Numbered from the stretch's first letter, positions 39,481 through 49,995 are shown. The stretch is 64,000 nt of DNA from Thermoplasmatales archaeon (GCA_027310185.1 DAIDBH010000014.1:203706-267705); one strand, 5' to 3'. Numbers and translations are program-made. Notes: generated by a model not told the origin, from the letters alone.

Positions 39481-39861
39481 CTATTCTATTTGGTTTCCAC
39501 CTATTATTCCAATCCTTATCTCTTCGCCCTTCCTGTTGAAGAATTTATAATCTGTATCCCTGTATGGATAACCAACAATCATATGGATCGGCCCGGTGTT
39601 CTGAAACATATGCAAATCTGCATCTGAAGGCCTGATTACCCCTGAGGGATGTGAATGAACAGAACCTATTATGGTAAAGTCTACCGGCTTGCTACCCATC
39701 CACATTATTGTGTGATGATCCCCCTGTACTGTCCCGGGCATTATGGCAATTTCATATATGACATCATGTTCACCCTTCAAAAGTGCCCCGAATTCCATTG
39801 GATACGTGTCCTTGGAGGCTTCCATTATCATCCTTATTAACCTGAATCTAATTGACCACAT
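39481..39861 (-). CDS. JAMM/MPN+ metalloprotease domain protein
   Basis: YPMEFG and GSVHSHPSG..RPSDAD (E...HxH-x7-S-x2-D). Confidence 0.9.
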   Translation of the reverse strand: MWSIRFRLIRMIMEASKDTYPMEFGALLKGEHDVIYEIAIMPGTVQGDHHTIMWMGSKPVDFTIIGSVHSHPSGVIRPSDADLHMFQNTGPIHMIVGYPYRDTDYKFFNRKGEEIRIGIIGGNQIE

Positions 39862-40669
39862 CTTTTAACAGTTTCTCCCTGAGCTTTGCATAGAAATCCC
39901 TTCTCAGTGTTATAAACTTATAGGATTTTGATGCCCTTGTGATCGTTACCTTGTCTGTTGACTTGAAATTTACTTCCTTCTGTCCATCCATAATAATGAG
40001 GCAGTCCTGATCAATTCCAGAGACCAGGATATCAAGTACTGAAGTGGATGGTGCTACCATTGGCCTGATCCTCAGTGTTACTGGAGCAAGATATGATATA
40101 ACCATTGCCTGTGTTGCAGGCATTACTATGGGTCCTCCAGCACTGAGTGAATAGGACGTTGATCCTATGGGCGTGGCAACAATTATGCCATCAGCCCTGG
40201 TCCTTTCTACAAAAGAACCATCAAGATAAAGCTTGAAATTCCTTACCTTTGCGATCCTGTTGCTGTGTACGACGACCTCATTCAATGCATATCCTACAAT
40301 CTCGCCATTTACCATCACCTCAAGCCGCATGTATTCAACAAACCTGTGTTCTCCCCTGATGATCCGGTATACTGTCTCCTCAACCTTTCCAACTTCAACC
40401 TCGCTGAGGAATCCCAGTGAACCCATGTTGATTCCAAGGATTGCGCCTTTTGCCTTCTGTGCCGCTAGCAATACAGTTCCGTCACCACCAATTGTGAAAA
40501 GTATGTCTGCCTCGATTTCCTCCAGTGGTCTGTACTCCTTCTCCTTGATGAAAGGCCTCAGTTCCTCTGCGTATATTCTTTCCCATTCCTGAGGGAGGAT
40601 ATCATCTATCCGCTTCACAATCTTAGCACATCTGGGGCAGTCCTTCTTAATTATGAAAGCGATCTTCAT
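39848..40669 (-). CDS. ppnK: NAD kinase
   Basis: GGDGT, GINMGSLGFL, LNE, DGIIVATPIGSTSYSLSAGGP. Confidence 0.96.
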   Translation of the reverse strand: MKIAFIIKKDCPRCAKIVKRIDDILPQEWERIYAEELRPFIKEKEYRPLEEIEADILFTIGGDGTVLLAAQKAKGAILGINMGSLGFLSEVEVGKVEETVYRIIRGEHRFVEYMRLEVMVNGEIVGYALNEVVVHSNRIAKVRNFKLYLDGSFVERTRADGIIVATPIGSTSYSLSAGGPIVMPATQAMVISYLAPVTLRIRPMVAPSTSVLDILVSGIDQDCLIIMDGQKEVNFKSTDKVTITRASKSYKFITLRRDFYAKLREKLLKDVVN

Positions 40670-41442
40670 CTGTTCACTAGCTCCTCCATCTCGTCCCTGT
40701 AAAAGGATGAAAGGGCGATCATGTTTTTCCTTTCTCTCACATCCCTGCCCATATTCATTTTCTTCATGCTGCCATCAAGAACAAAACCTCCCATTTCCTC
40801 CACAAGTAGCACTCCAGCCGCAATGTCCACATTACGTAACTTTTTCTCCCTTCCAAGGTACGCAACATTATCAAGTGCACCATTTGCAAGGAGTGCAAGT
40901 TCCATTGATGCACAGCCCAGAATCCTCTTTCTTGTTATGTCCTTCTTCAGGAAGTCTGGAACTTTGGTTTCTTCAAGATTGTAAACAACTGAAGCATGAC
41001 TCCTCCTCTCTGCCTTCTCAATCTTGTATCCGTTCCTGTATGCACCATTTCCCTTGGTTGCCCAGAAGTAGTTTCCTGTGGCCAGATTCATTACAAAAGC
41101 TTCCTGGAGAGATGTGAAATCATCCTTCATGACTGCGAGCGACATGGAATAGAGTGGAATCTGGTTTTCAGCGTTATATGTACCATCCAGTGGGTCCATG
41201 ATTATGTTGCTCTCGTATCCCCTGTCCACAAAACCTATTTCCTCGCTTATGATGTTGAATGGCAGGTCTATATCATTGATTCTTTCTATGATCTTGTCCT
41301 CTGCCAGTTTGTCCAGCCTTGATGTTAGTGTTCCATCAGCTCCCATTCCAGTATAACCGATCCTCTGCTCCTTGTTTTCCAGAGTTGAAATGTGTTCCCT
41401 TATTTCTGATCCGGTTTCAATAAAATTTTTGAGGAATGTCAT
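40666..41442 (-). CDS. Inositol monophosphatase/FBPase family phosphatase (possible NADP phosphatase)
   Basis: GADGT, SEE, DPLDGT, RILGCASMEL, RNVDIAAG. Confidence 0.9.
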   Translation of the reverse strand: MTFLKNFIETGSEIREHISTLENKEQRIGYTGMGADGTLTSRLDKLAEDKIIERINDIDLPFNIISEEIGFVDRGYESNIIMDPLDGTYNAENQIPLYSMSLAVMKDDFTSLQEAFVMNLATGNYFWATKGNGAYRNGYKIEKAERRSHASVVYNLEETKVPDFLKKDITRKRILGCASMELALLANGALDNVAYLGREKKLRNVDIAAGVLLVEEMGGFVLDGSMKKMNMGRDVRERKNMIALSSFYRDEMEELVNR

Positions 41443-41470
41443 ATACTATATAGTTCAGAACTGTATATAA

Positions 41471-42343
41471 CTAATCCGGAGATACTATACTCTCGTGTAA
41501 AATGTTAAGTCTTTCTGGCAATTTTTCAAGTGCAATTTTCAGTGTTTCCCTGGCTGTTAGTGAACCGTCTGTTTCAAATTTGAATACATACCTTTCCCTG
41601 TCCTCAGTAACCTTTACAGGCTTTGACTGGTTTATTTCTGTCCTGTGGTTCACGGTGTTTATGTAATTCAATACAGCTCTCTGCTGGTAATCATCAGTAA
41701 CAGTTACTGTTTCCTTTGTCTCCCTGACAATTGATACGGGATATTTCTCCTTGATTTTTTCCCATCCTTCGTTATCTGCCTTGTTGATCTCAAACTCCCT
41801 GTGATACTTGAAGGAAACAGCTGATGTTACCTGCCATTTTGCATGCTCTTTTGCAGTCCCCATTGTTGCCTCTGCTGTGACCAGTAAGGCCTGCTTTGGT
41901 CCAAGTTTCACTATTGGTATCAGCGGATCTACCGGCTTCAGTTCAACGTTACCGGTGAATGGAACAAGATCCCCACTGTAAACCTCTCCTGGTCCTGTCT
42001 TGTCTATATTATAAGAAACTGTGCACAGTGAGCATCCCTTGCCCTCACATGAACATTCATTCCTGAAACTCATCCTGGAATCCGTTTTTATGGGAACCAG
42101 TCCAATCCTGTGCGCAACAATCTCGTCAAATAATGGCAATGATGAATCAAAAACGTTTCCCATAGAATCCCTGATCTGTCCATGCCTGAAAACCACCTTA
42201 TCAATTGCCAGTTTTGGAATGTCATTTATCAGGGTTCTTCTGAGTGCATTGGCAATTCCTTCTGTAATGTTTGTTATTTCAAATCTGGCAAAGTTATCTC
42301 TTAGTTCCAATATTGATATTTTCGCTTCGCTTGAAGATGGCAT
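41471..42343 (-). CDS. rpoD: RNA polymerase subunit Rpo3 (D)
   Basis: [42 protein letters not shown]. Confidence 0.96.
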   Translation of the reverse strand: MPSSSEAKISILELRDNFARFEITNITEGIANALRRTLINDIPKLAIDKVVFRHGQIRDSMGNVFDSSLPLFDEIVAHRIGLVPIKTDSRMSFRNECSCEGKGCSLCTVSYNIDKTGPGEVYSGDLVPFTGNVELKPVDPLIPIVKLGPKQALLVTAEATMGTAKEHAKWQVTSAVSFKYHREFEINKADNEGWEKIKEKYPVSIVRETKETVTVTDDYQQRAVLNYINTVNHRTEINQSKPVKVTEDRERYVFKFETDGSLTARETLKIALEKLPERLNILHESIVSPD

Positions 42344-42726
42344 TAAACCCTCCTTCCTCTTTTTCCGCCCTTTTTCTTGGTTCCGTCATGAGGAACTGGT
42401 GTTACCTCCTCAATCCTTACAATCTTGAAACCTGCCCTGGACAGTGCCCTTATGGCAGATTGTGCTCCAGGTCCCGGGATCTTTGATCTGTTTCCTCCAG
42501 GTGCCCTGACCTTGATTATCAGATCAGTGACCTCCTTTTCCTTCAACTTTTCTGAGATCAGATCAGCGGCCTTCATTGCCGCATATGGACTTGACTCATC
42601 CCTGTCATTCTTAACAACCATTCCACCAGTTGCCTTTGCAAGTGTTTCAGCACCGGTCTGATCTGTTACAAGTATGATTGTATTATTCTGTGAAGAATAT
42701 ATGTGTGCGATTCCGGTTTTATTCAA
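42343..42726 (-). CDS. rps11: 30S ribosomal protein S11
   Basis: [31 protein letters not shown]. Confidence 0.97.
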   Translation of the reverse strand: MNKTGIAHIYSSQNNTIILVTDQTGAETLAKATGGMVVKNDRDESSPYAAMKAADLISEKLKEKEVTDLIIKVRAPGGNRSKIPGPGAQSAIRALSRAGFKIVRIEEVTPVPHDGTKKKGGKRGRRV

Positions 42727-43318
42727 CTTTTTCTACCTCCTCTGAGTTTTCCTGTTCTGCTGCCTCTGGCTGTTCTTCTTCCTTCTGGTCTCCTGCTATT
42801 ATCAACCTTACCGGATGCTTGTCATCTATGAAAGGTGAAAATTCACTGTATTCAATGGAATCTTCTTCCATTCCTTCCACGAGAAGTCCTGGCACAGTTA
42901 CTCTTCTTCCGTTCAGTAATATGTGTCCATGGGTTATCATCTGCCTTGCCTGCTTTACAGTCTTTGCAAGGTTTTTCCTGAACACTATGGTTTGAAGTCT
43001 TCTTTCTAGGACACTCTCTATTGTCAAAGACAGGATATCATCCAGTGATGCATTTCCTGTAGAAATTCTGTACCTGTTCAATCTTGCGAGTAGTAGGTTC
43101 AGCTGCTTTATTGCAAGGGGATCATTTCTTCTTGTCCTGGCCTGCAATTCTCTTGCCTGTGCCCTTATGGAATCAAGAGTAGCCTGGCTTCTCCATAACT
43201 CCTTCTTGTTTTTAAGACCATACAGATTAATAGTCTTCCTTTCTTCGTCTATCCTGTCTTTTTCCCAAGGATGCCTTGGTGTTGAATATAATTTTTTCTG
43301 AAACTTTGGATCTCCCAA
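42719..43318 (-). CDS. rps4: 30S ribosomal protein S4
   Basis: [39 protein letters not shown]. Confidence 0.97.
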   Translation of the reverse strand: MGDPKFQKKLYSTPRHPWEKDRIDEERKTINLYGLKNKKELWRSQATLDSIRAQARELQARTRRNDPLAIKQLNLLLARLNRYRISTGNASLDDILSLTIESVLERRLQTIVFRKNLAKTVKQARQMITHGHILLNGRRVTVPGLLVEGMEEDSIEYSEFSPFIDDKHPVRLIIAGDQKEEEQPEAAEQENSEEVEKVE

Positions 43319-43324
43319 TCAAAA

Positions 43325-43789
43325 TCACTCCTTTTTCCTTTGTACGCCTACTGTTAATCCTTTCCTGCCATTACTCCTGGTTCTCTGACCCCTCACCTTG
43401 TGATGGGTTTCATGTCTTATGCCCCTGTAGGACCTTATCTTTTTCATCGTGTTGATGTTATCCTGAATCTGCACATTGAGATCATTGCCTACCAGATTCA
43501 TGTTCTTTCCCGTTACTGGATCTGAGCGGTTGTTCAGCATCCACGCTGGAATGTCCTCATACTCTTCGGATTCGATATAATCCCTTATCTCCTCTATCTT
43601 CTCCTCGCTGAGATCTCCCAGTCTCATGCTCTCATCAATCTCGAGTTTCTTTGTAAGGGTTTCAGCCAATCTGAGGCCGATACCTTTTAGATCTGCCAGA
43701 GCCAGAACTACATCTCTTTCTCCGTTAAGATCCATGCTTGCAATTCTTACAATGTATTGGAAATCAGTTTTTTCTTTTTCTTCAGGCAT
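43325..43789 (-). CDS. rps13: 30S ribosomal protein S13
   Basis: LKGIGLR, SYRGIRH, VRGQRTRSNGR. Confidence 0.97.
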   Translation of the reverse strand: MPEEKEKTDFQYIVRIASMDLNGERDVVLALADLKGIGLRLAETLTKKLEIDESMRLGDLSEEKIEEIRDYIESEEYEDIPAWMLNNRSDPVTGKNMNLVGNDLNVQIQDNINTMKKIRSYRGIRHETHHKVRGQRTRSNGRKGLTVGVQRKKE

Positions 43790-43879
43790 TAATTCACCAG
43801 TCCTTTAACATGCTTAAATGTTATCCCTTGCGGTTGCTCCTTATCTTTAAAATATATATATTCTTTTTGTACAGTTTGG

Positions 43880-44197
43880 CTATTTGTAAAAGGTAAATTT
43901 CCTATAATCCCCATCGGTTTTGAATACGCCAAGTCTCACCCCGCTATCCAGCCACCCATATGAATAGTTCAAACACGACAGTGCATTTATGAGGTCTCCG
44001 TTTTCCATGAAGTGCATTGCATCGGAGAAATATGAATGTATCATTTCCATTGAACTCTTTGCGAATTCGTAGAGAAGAGTGTTCTCCGGAACCGCTATGG
44101 AAAGCACTTCAAGGGCCCTTGTTTCTATTTCAATATATCTTTTGACCTTCTCTTCCAGAGTTATGGCAAGATCCTTATCTGTATGTGGAGTAGTCAT
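43880..44197 (-). CDS. DUF357 family protein
   Basis: YFSDAMHF...GDLINAL..LNYSYGWLDSGVRLG. Confidence 0.88.
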   Translation of the reverse strand: MTTPHTDKDLAITLEEKVKRYIEIETRALEVLSIAVPENTLLYEFAKSSMEMIHSYFSDAMHFMENGDLINALSCLNYSYGWLDSGVRLGVFKTDGDYRKFTFYK

Positions 44198-44516
44198 TCA
44201 GTAAATTCCATATCTGCTTCTGGGTGCCTTCGTCCAGAACCCCTTCTTCCTTTTTCTTGATAACAAAATCTCTTGCCTCGCTGATTCCCTGCCTGGACGC
44301 GATGGCATATATCCCTCCAGTAATTGACCCCCTGATGCTATCAGGCAGGGCTTCAACAGCCTTTGACAGCATGAAATTAAATTCTTCACTCTTTCTCATG
44401 TCCAGTTTTTTGATCCTCTTTGGCCTGGGCGTTTCATTTCTATCGTTATATCCGTAATATCTTCCCCTGTTGTTCTGACCTGGTTTTCTTGGGGTATACT
44501 TTCTTCTTGCCGCCAT
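44175..44516 (-). CDS. Hypothetical protein with an Arg/Lys-rich N-terminal tail and a helical domain
   Basis: ORF overlaps the DUF357 start; MAARRKYTPRKPG N-terminus. Confidence 0.7.
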   Translation of the reverse strand: MAARRKYTPRKPGQNNRGRYYGYNDRNETPRPKRIKKLDMRKSEEFNFMLSKAVEALPDSIRGSITGGIYAIASRQGISEARDFVIKKKEEGVLDEGTQKQIWNLLNDYSTYR

Positions 44517-44644
44517 ATTTTTGTTCAATGCAATATGTTAAGGGTGGTTTTAAACCTTGTTGTGTTCTATCGAAATTGAATGATTTAAGATTTCTGGAAG
44601 AAAACATGGTAAACCTGGCATCTTTTTCTTATCTGCCCTCATAA

Positions 44645-45649
44645 TTACAGCACTTGAAATAGTGAACTTATGTGCCATACATGTGGAGAATAAGACTTCA
44701 CTATGTGGCTGTCCACTGGCATCAATGAATAGCCTAAGTACCTGGCAGACTTCATAAGGTCGTATACACTCAATTTGATATTACCGGTCAACTCAAGATG
44801 ATGAAGGAGGATATATCCATTTTTTGCAACATGGGAAAGTCCTGAGGCCAGATATATTCTGGACTTGAAGTTCCCCATTATGACAAGGTCATACTTTTCC
44901 TGAGCATTGAACAACCTGCAATCCATGTTATAAGTTGTAATCTTTTCTTTTACCCCATTAAGAGCTGCACTTTTTTCAAGGTATTCAAGAGCTTCAATAT
45001 TGAGATCGATACATGTGACATTCTTCACAGTTTTAAGTTTTGCAATTGGCAGTGAGAAATAACCAATACCGGCGAACATGTCAAGCACCGTTCCTGCGCT
45101 TATCTTTTTTATTGATGGAAGACCTCTCTCAACTATGTTGCCCTTGCTCATCATTAATCTTGCAGGGCTGGTGATGAAGGTAACTCCATTTTCCAGATAC
45201 TGGGTATCTCCCTGTATACCTGCAATAAGCCTGAGTCTTGGTCTCCGAACTTCACCCTCGATTCTTCCATCCCTGACATAGACCTGCGTTGCTATGGACT
45301 TTTTCACGAGCTCCTTTGAAACTCTTTCCAGTTCCTCATACTCACTGCTGAATATAACTGTACTTCCCATCCTCTGCCACCTGATCTTCCTATTGTTGTA
45401 TTTCATGATGCTGTTGATCACATCAGGTATTGTGACATCCTCCTTCCTTGAAAATTCCCTTTCACAGAGCATAGCACTTTTAAATTCTACCCTTTCTCTC
45501 ACCGGAATTATGACCTTTCCATTTTCCTTCAGAGATCGCAGGTTCCTGATCAACTTTCCCTCTCTTTTTGCCTTCCTTATGAATAATTCTGCATCCTTTT
45601 CCTCAACTTCCATCGCAAGGTTTTTCAAATCTGTGAGTAATTGGATCAA
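44645..45649 (-). CDS. Trm5/Taw2 (Met10+) family class I SAM-dependent tRNA modification enzyme
   Basis: GEVRRP, ENG, MMSKGNIVER, DMFAGIGYFSL, VKSYSPHVWH. Confidence 0.88.
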   Translation of the reverse strand: MIQLLTDLKNLAMEVEEKDAELFIRKAKREGKLIRNLRSLKENGKVIIPVRERVEFKSAMLCEREFSRKEDVTIPDVINSIMKYNNRKIRWQRMGSTVIFSSEYEELERVSKELVKKSIATQVYVRDGRIEGEVRRPRLRLIAGIQGDTQYLENGVTFITSPARLMMSKGNIVERGLPSIKKISAGTVLDMFAGIGYFSLPIAKLKTVKNVTCIDLNIEALEYLEKSAALNGVKEKITTYNMDCRLFNAQEKYDLVIMGNFKSRIYLASGLSHVAKNGYILLHHLELTGNIKLSVYDLMKSARYLGYSLMPVDSHIVKSYSPHVWHISSLFQVL

Positions 45650-45709
45650 ACAATAAATTCTATTGCCTTAAAATGAAAAACATAAATTGATAGGAAAAAA
45701 TATACCTTC

Positions 45710-47011
45710 ATGCTTTCCGATGATCTGTTTAAAAGAGCATCCAGGCTTTTTCCTGGTGGAGTAAATTCACCTGTCAGGTTTTATAAGCCATATCCAACGT
45801 ATTTTTCAAGGGCTTCTGGCTCAAGGATTTTTGATGTGGAAGGAAAGGAATACCTGGATTTCTGCATGGGTTTTGGCGTTAATTTTGCAGGATATTCCAA
45901 CACTACCATAGCCGAGGAAATCATGTATTTACTGGATAACACAATACCAGAAGGAGTTCCCACAGAAAATGAGATAGAACTTGGGGAAATAATACAGAAA
46001 GCGGTCCCTTCCATAGAAAAGATGAGATTCACAAATTCTGGAACTGAGGCAACCATGCATGCAATCCGGCTTGCAAGAGCCTATACCGGCAGAGATCTTA
46101 TCCTGAAGATGAATGCAGGATTTCACGGAGCTCATGACTATGTGCTTGTGAATGCCGGAAGTGGGGCACTGAATTTCGGTACACCTTCTACCCCGGGAAT
46201 TCCCAGAGAAGTTGCAAAGACTGTTCTTATTGGAGATTTCAATAATGAGGATTCCATAAGGGAACTTTTTAAATTGCATGGAAAGGACATTGCAGCTGTT
46301 ATTACAGAGCCTGTACTTGGCAATCTCGGGGTGATTGGTCCTGAAAAGGGATTCCTGAAATTCCTGAGGGAGATTACTGAGGAATATGGTGCACTTCTGA
46401 TCTTTGATGAGGTAATAACAGGTTTCAGATTCAGGTATGGTGCATACCAGGATATGATAGGAGTTAAGCCTGATCTGACAACCCTCGGAAAGATTATAGG
46501 TGGGGGGATGCCTGTTGGCCTCTTCGGAGGAAGATCAGACATAATGGAGAGGATCAGTCCTGAGGGCGACGTGTATCAATCAGGAACGTTCAGTGCCAAT
46601 CCATTCACTGTTGCATCCGGACTCGCTACCTTGAACTTTCTTAAGGACAGGGATTATGAATATACCATAAGCCTGGCAACATGGGTTGAGGATAAACTGA
46701 AGAGTTTCTCTGATCTTGGCGTTCAGGTGAACAGGGTTTATAACATGTTCACCATATTCTTCAACGAAGAAAGAGTCTGGAACTATGAAACAGCCATGAA
46801 ATCTGACAGGGAAAAGTTCATGAAATTCTTCAATTTTTCCAAGAAGCACGGAATCTATTTTTCCCCCGGTCAGTTTGAGGCATCATTTGTTGGCATGGCC
46901 CATACACCTGAGGAGGTTGAGATGGCAGTTTTCAAGATGGTCTATACCCTGGAGTTTGATATGAATGAAGATAGGAACAAGGGAGAGCAGATTAGCATTA
47001 ATTCAAACTGA
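45710..47011 (+). CDS. hemL: Glutamate-1-semialdehyde 2,1-aminomutase
   Basis: PGGVNSPVR, NSGTEATM, FDEVITGFR, LGKIIGGG. Confidence 0.96.
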   Translation: MLSDDLFKRASRLFPGGVNSPVRFYKPYPTYFSRASGSRIFDVEGKEYLDFCMGFGVNFAGYSNTTIAEEIMYLLDNTIPEGVPTENEIELGEIIQKAVPSIEKMRFTNSGTEATMHAIRLARAYTGRDLILKMNAGFHGAHDYVLVNAGSGALNFGTPSTPGIPREVAKTVLIGDFNNEDSIRELFKLHGKDIAAVITEPVLGNLGVIGPEKGFLKFLREITEEYGALLIFDEVITGFRFRYGAYQDMIGVKPDLTTLGKIIGGGMPVGLFGGRSDIMERISPEGDVYQSGTFSANPFTVASGLATLNFLKDRDYEYTISLATWVEDKLKSFSDLGVQVNRVYNMFTIFFNEERVWNYETAMKSDREKFMKFFNFSKKHGIYFSPGQFEASFVGMAHTPEEVEMAVFKMVYTLEFDMNEDRNKGEQISINSN

Positions 47012-47810
47012 GATGTTTACCAGTATTCTTGGTGGAAACCATGATATTGTTAAGATCAGGAGCAAGGGTGATATAGATAGGGAAAGGCCACTGAAGGAGA
47101 TCGGTGGCCAGGGTCTTTTCGTGAATGAGATAAACCAGATGGTGCTTAATGGAAAGCTGGACTGTGCAGTACACAGTGGAAAGGATCTCCCAACAATCCT
47201 GAACAAGGAGCTTGAGGTGGTTTCAGTTTTTGACTGGAAGAACTACCATGATGTGATCGTTTTCAGGAAGAATCTGGAAGGTGATGGAAGATTGAAGATT
47301 GGAACCTCATCACCCAGAAGGGAAGAGCAGATTAGGAAACATGTCAGGAACTGGGATGTATACGGCCTTCGTGGCAACATTGATACAAGAATAAATAAAC
47401 TTGATGATGGCAATTACGATGGTATTGTACTGTCAGAGGCTGCGATGTCAAGGATGTACCCGAATAGGGATTATGAAATACTTGATGAAAACATTTTTGT
47501 TCCTGCACCGGGACAGGGTATAATAACAGTAATAGCAAGGAAGGATTCACCATTTTATGATGATATAAAAATCACTGAAGACCCAACCGCAAGAAAAAGG
47601 TGGGATGTTGAACGGAGGATTTCCGGCATTTTTAACATGGGCTGTTCTGTGCCCAATGGAATTATGTATAATCCTGAGACGGAATTTCTGTACATGGATA
47701 TAAATCTCAAGGAAAACGTGATTTCTATCAGGATGAAGGTCAGAACTTTACAGGAAGCTGAAATGGTTGCCAGGAATGTGAAAGAGATAATGAACTATGG
47801 TGATTATTAG
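46965..47810 (+). CDS. hemC: Hydroxymethylbilane synthase
   Basis: IGTRESRLA, AVHSGKD, GTSSPRR, LRGNIDTR, PAPGQG, GCSVP. Confidence 0.95.
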   Translation: MKIGTRESRLALIQTEMFTSILGGNHDIVKIRSKGDIDRERPLKEIGGQGLFVNEINQMVLNGKLDCAVHSGKDLPTILNKELEVVSVFDWKNYHDVIVFRKNLEGDGRLKIGTSSPRREEQIRKHVRNWDVYGLRGNIDTRINKLDDGNYDGIVLSEAAMSRMYPNRDYEILDENIFVPAPGQGIITVIARKDSPFYDDIKITEDPTARKRWDVERRISGIFNMGCSVPNGIMYNPETEFLYMDINLKENVISIRMKVRTLQEAEMVARNVKEIMNYGDY

Positions 47811-48471
47811 CTTCAGACCGGAAGAAAAATTAAATGAAAATGAAGCAGAAGTTATGGGTATTTTAAATATACCATTGGTGAGGATTGTCAAAATTGATGA
47901 TGTAAGGGCCCCGGATCTTAAAAAATTTGATGGCATCGCTTTTACGAGCTCCACCAGTGTTGGATATTTCTTTGACATGTACGGTGAAATAGATGGGAAG
48001 ATCATGATTTTCTCCATCGGTGATTCCACTGCTAGAGAATTGGAAAAATATATCACCAATCCACTTGTATGCAGTGACTCCAATTCCGGTGGCTATGCAT
48101 CTTTCATAGAACGGCACAATCCAAGAAGTGTACTGATACCCAGGGGCGAGACCCATTCAGGTGTGCTCAATGATGAGCTCAAGAAAGCAGGTATTTACAG
48201 CGAAAACCTCTACCTTTACAGATATGAGGATATTGATCAGAGGGAAAATATCCGGAAAGCAGTGAAGGATGAACGAACACCATTTATATTCACTTCACCC
48301 CTTGAAGTCCGGTTATTCAGGAAATACACAAATGGTAGATATATTGATAATCCTGTTTATCCCATTGGAAAAACAACTTTTACAGCGTTGAAGGATGCAG
48401 GCCTCACGAATATAAGGTTTGAAGGCAAGAAGACGTTTTCAGAACTTGTAAAATTTATGAACTCGCAATAG
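47797..48471 (+). CDS. hemD: Uroporphyrinogen-III synthase
   Basis: AFTSSTSV, SIGDSTA, FTSP, IGKTT; follows hemC. Confidence 0.85.
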   Translation: MVIISFRPEEKLNENEAEVMGILNIPLVRIVKIDDVRAPDLKKFDGIAFTSSTSVGYFFDMYGEIDGKIMIFSIGDSTARELEKYITNPLVCSDSNSGGYASFIERHNPRSVLIPRGETHSGVLNDELKKAGIYSENLYLYRYEDIDQRENIRKAVKDERTPFIFTSPLEVRLFRKYTNGRYIDNPVYPIGKTTFTALKDAGLTNIRFEGKKTFSELVKFMNSQ

Positions 48472-48543
48472 CGGGGAATGGATTTGAACCATCGATCTAC
48501 GGGTTATGAGCCCGTCGGGATTTCCTAACTACCCCACCCCGCT
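48469..48543 (-). tRNA. Initiator tRNA-Met(CAT)
   Basis: A1-U72 acceptor AGCGGGG, three G-C pairs in the anticodon stem (GGG-CTCATAA-CCC). Confidence 0.95.
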
Positions 48544-48657
48544 GTTATACCGTATTTGTTATTTGGATATATATGTTATTGATATGATCATGCCTAATTT
48601 ATGCTGTATTCAATGAGTGGACCAGAATTCTTGATATTAAATTTTAAAAAATAAAAT

Positions 48658-49236
48658 CTATCTGAAAGATTCTGCTATTCTTTCTGCCTTCAGCTCCTTT
48701 GCCTTGGATTCCAGGTAGGTGTAGACAGTTCTCTGCTTCTTGCCTTCGATTATCATTTGAAGTGCCTGGAGCGCATACCTCATTGAAATGTAGTCTCCTA
48801 TGAGGGATACTGTATCCCCATAAACGCACACAAAACAGTCTGTGATATCCTCGACTATCTGTCTTGTCTTCCCCTGCCTGCCTATTATTCTTCCCTTTAT
48901 CTCATTGATCCTGTTTGAGCCTTTTCTTGCAAACTCCCTGAGAGAAATAACCACAAGCTGGAAACCATCATTGTAAAGGTAGAGTGCCCTTTCCGGGCTG
49001 AAGCCTCTTCCTATTGCCTTCACAACCTCTCCAGTTGCGTTTACCTTCAGTGGATCGGTATCCTCCTTTGCAGTTACCAGGATGTCACCATCCGTGGAAT
49101 CTATATCGAGCATGCAGCCTGATATTTCCTCTATATCATTCTTCGTTTTTCCTTCCCTGCCAACCAGGGCGCCTATCCTGTCTCGCGGTATTCTTATACT
49201 GATTGAATTTTCTATGTGATCGCTTCCTTCACTCAT
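48658..49236 (-). CDS. KH-domain ribosome biogenesis protein (Dim2/Pno1-like)
   Basis: RIGALVGREG, AIGRGFSPE, KGRIIGRQG. Confidence 0.93.
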   Translation of the reverse strand: MSEGSDHIENSISIRIPRDRIGALVGREGKTKNDIEEISGCMLDIDSTDGDILVTAKEDTDPLKVNATGEVVKAIGRGFSPERALYLYNDGFQLVVISLREFARKGSNRINEIKGRIIGRQGKTRQIVEDITDCFVCVYGDTVSLIGDYISMRYALQALQMIIEGKKQRTVYTYLESKAKELKAERIAESFR

Positions 49237-49987
49237 CTCTTTCACCCGGGAATTCCGGCTCATTTACATTAAATTCAAGGCCATTCCTCTTTGCAAATGC
49301 CCTCATGTTATTCATATCCCTCACAAGAAAGTCCTTTGCCTTTGGATGCTTGTATGAAACAGCCTGGCCCATATCTATGATATAGGACTTCTTCCTGTAA
49401 CAGAGTACATTGTATTCACTGAAATCAGCATGAATAATCTTTGCCTTTTCCACCATCTTCCTGTATTCGTTCATGGATGAATCAAAATATGACTGCATCT
49501 CCTCTTCCTTAACATCTTTCAACTTTTTTGCAGCGGACCTCCTGTCACCGATGTAGCTCATCAGGATTATATTCTTAACCACCGCCAAAGGCTCCGGTGC
49601 CCTGATGCCGAATTTCCTGCATTCCAGAAGATTGGCATATTCTTTCCTTGCCCAGACGAATATAAGCGACCCCCTTGACTTCCTCTGCTTTGCAAATCGT
49701 GGATCTCCATCTATATAATCATTAATATGCTGAAACCTCAATGTGGATGTCTTGAATATCTTCATCACCACACCCTTCTTTTCTCCTTCCACCTTGAAAA
49801 CAAGCGATTCCTTTCCTGATGAAATAGGATAATCGATATACTTTATATTGAACTGCTTGAAGAGCGTGTATATGTTGTCAAGCGTTCTTTTATCAAAAAC
49901 AAGACCTTCTGTCTTTTCGTCAATGAACTCATTGAAGTTGAATTCGTCCCTGTCTATCAGCTGCTTCAGTGCGCTTCTATCTTCCAT
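49229..49987 (-). CDS. rio1: RIO1 family kinase/ATPase
   Basis: ISSGKES, WARKEYANL, HADFSEYN, IDMGQ. Confidence 0.95.
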   Translation of the reverse strand: MEDRSALKQLIDRDEFNFNEFIDEKTEGLVFDKRTLDNIYTLFKQFNIKYIDYPISSGKESLVFKVEGEKKGVVMKIFKTSTLRFQHINDYIDGDPRFAKQRKSRGSLIFVWARKEYANLLECRKFGIRAPEPLAVVKNIILMSYIGDRRSAAKKLKDVKEEEMQSYFDSSMNEYRKMVEKAKIIHADFSEYNVLCYRKKSYIIDMGQAVSYKHPKAKDFLVRDMNNMRAFAKRNGLEFNVNEPEFPGERDE

Positions 49988-49995
49988 CTCTTGCT

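Noticed and set aside
46965-47011. 47-nt hemL/hemC overlap as a possible programmed frameshift
   Set aside because: Both ORFs are complete and hemC has its own ATG with a canonical N-terminus
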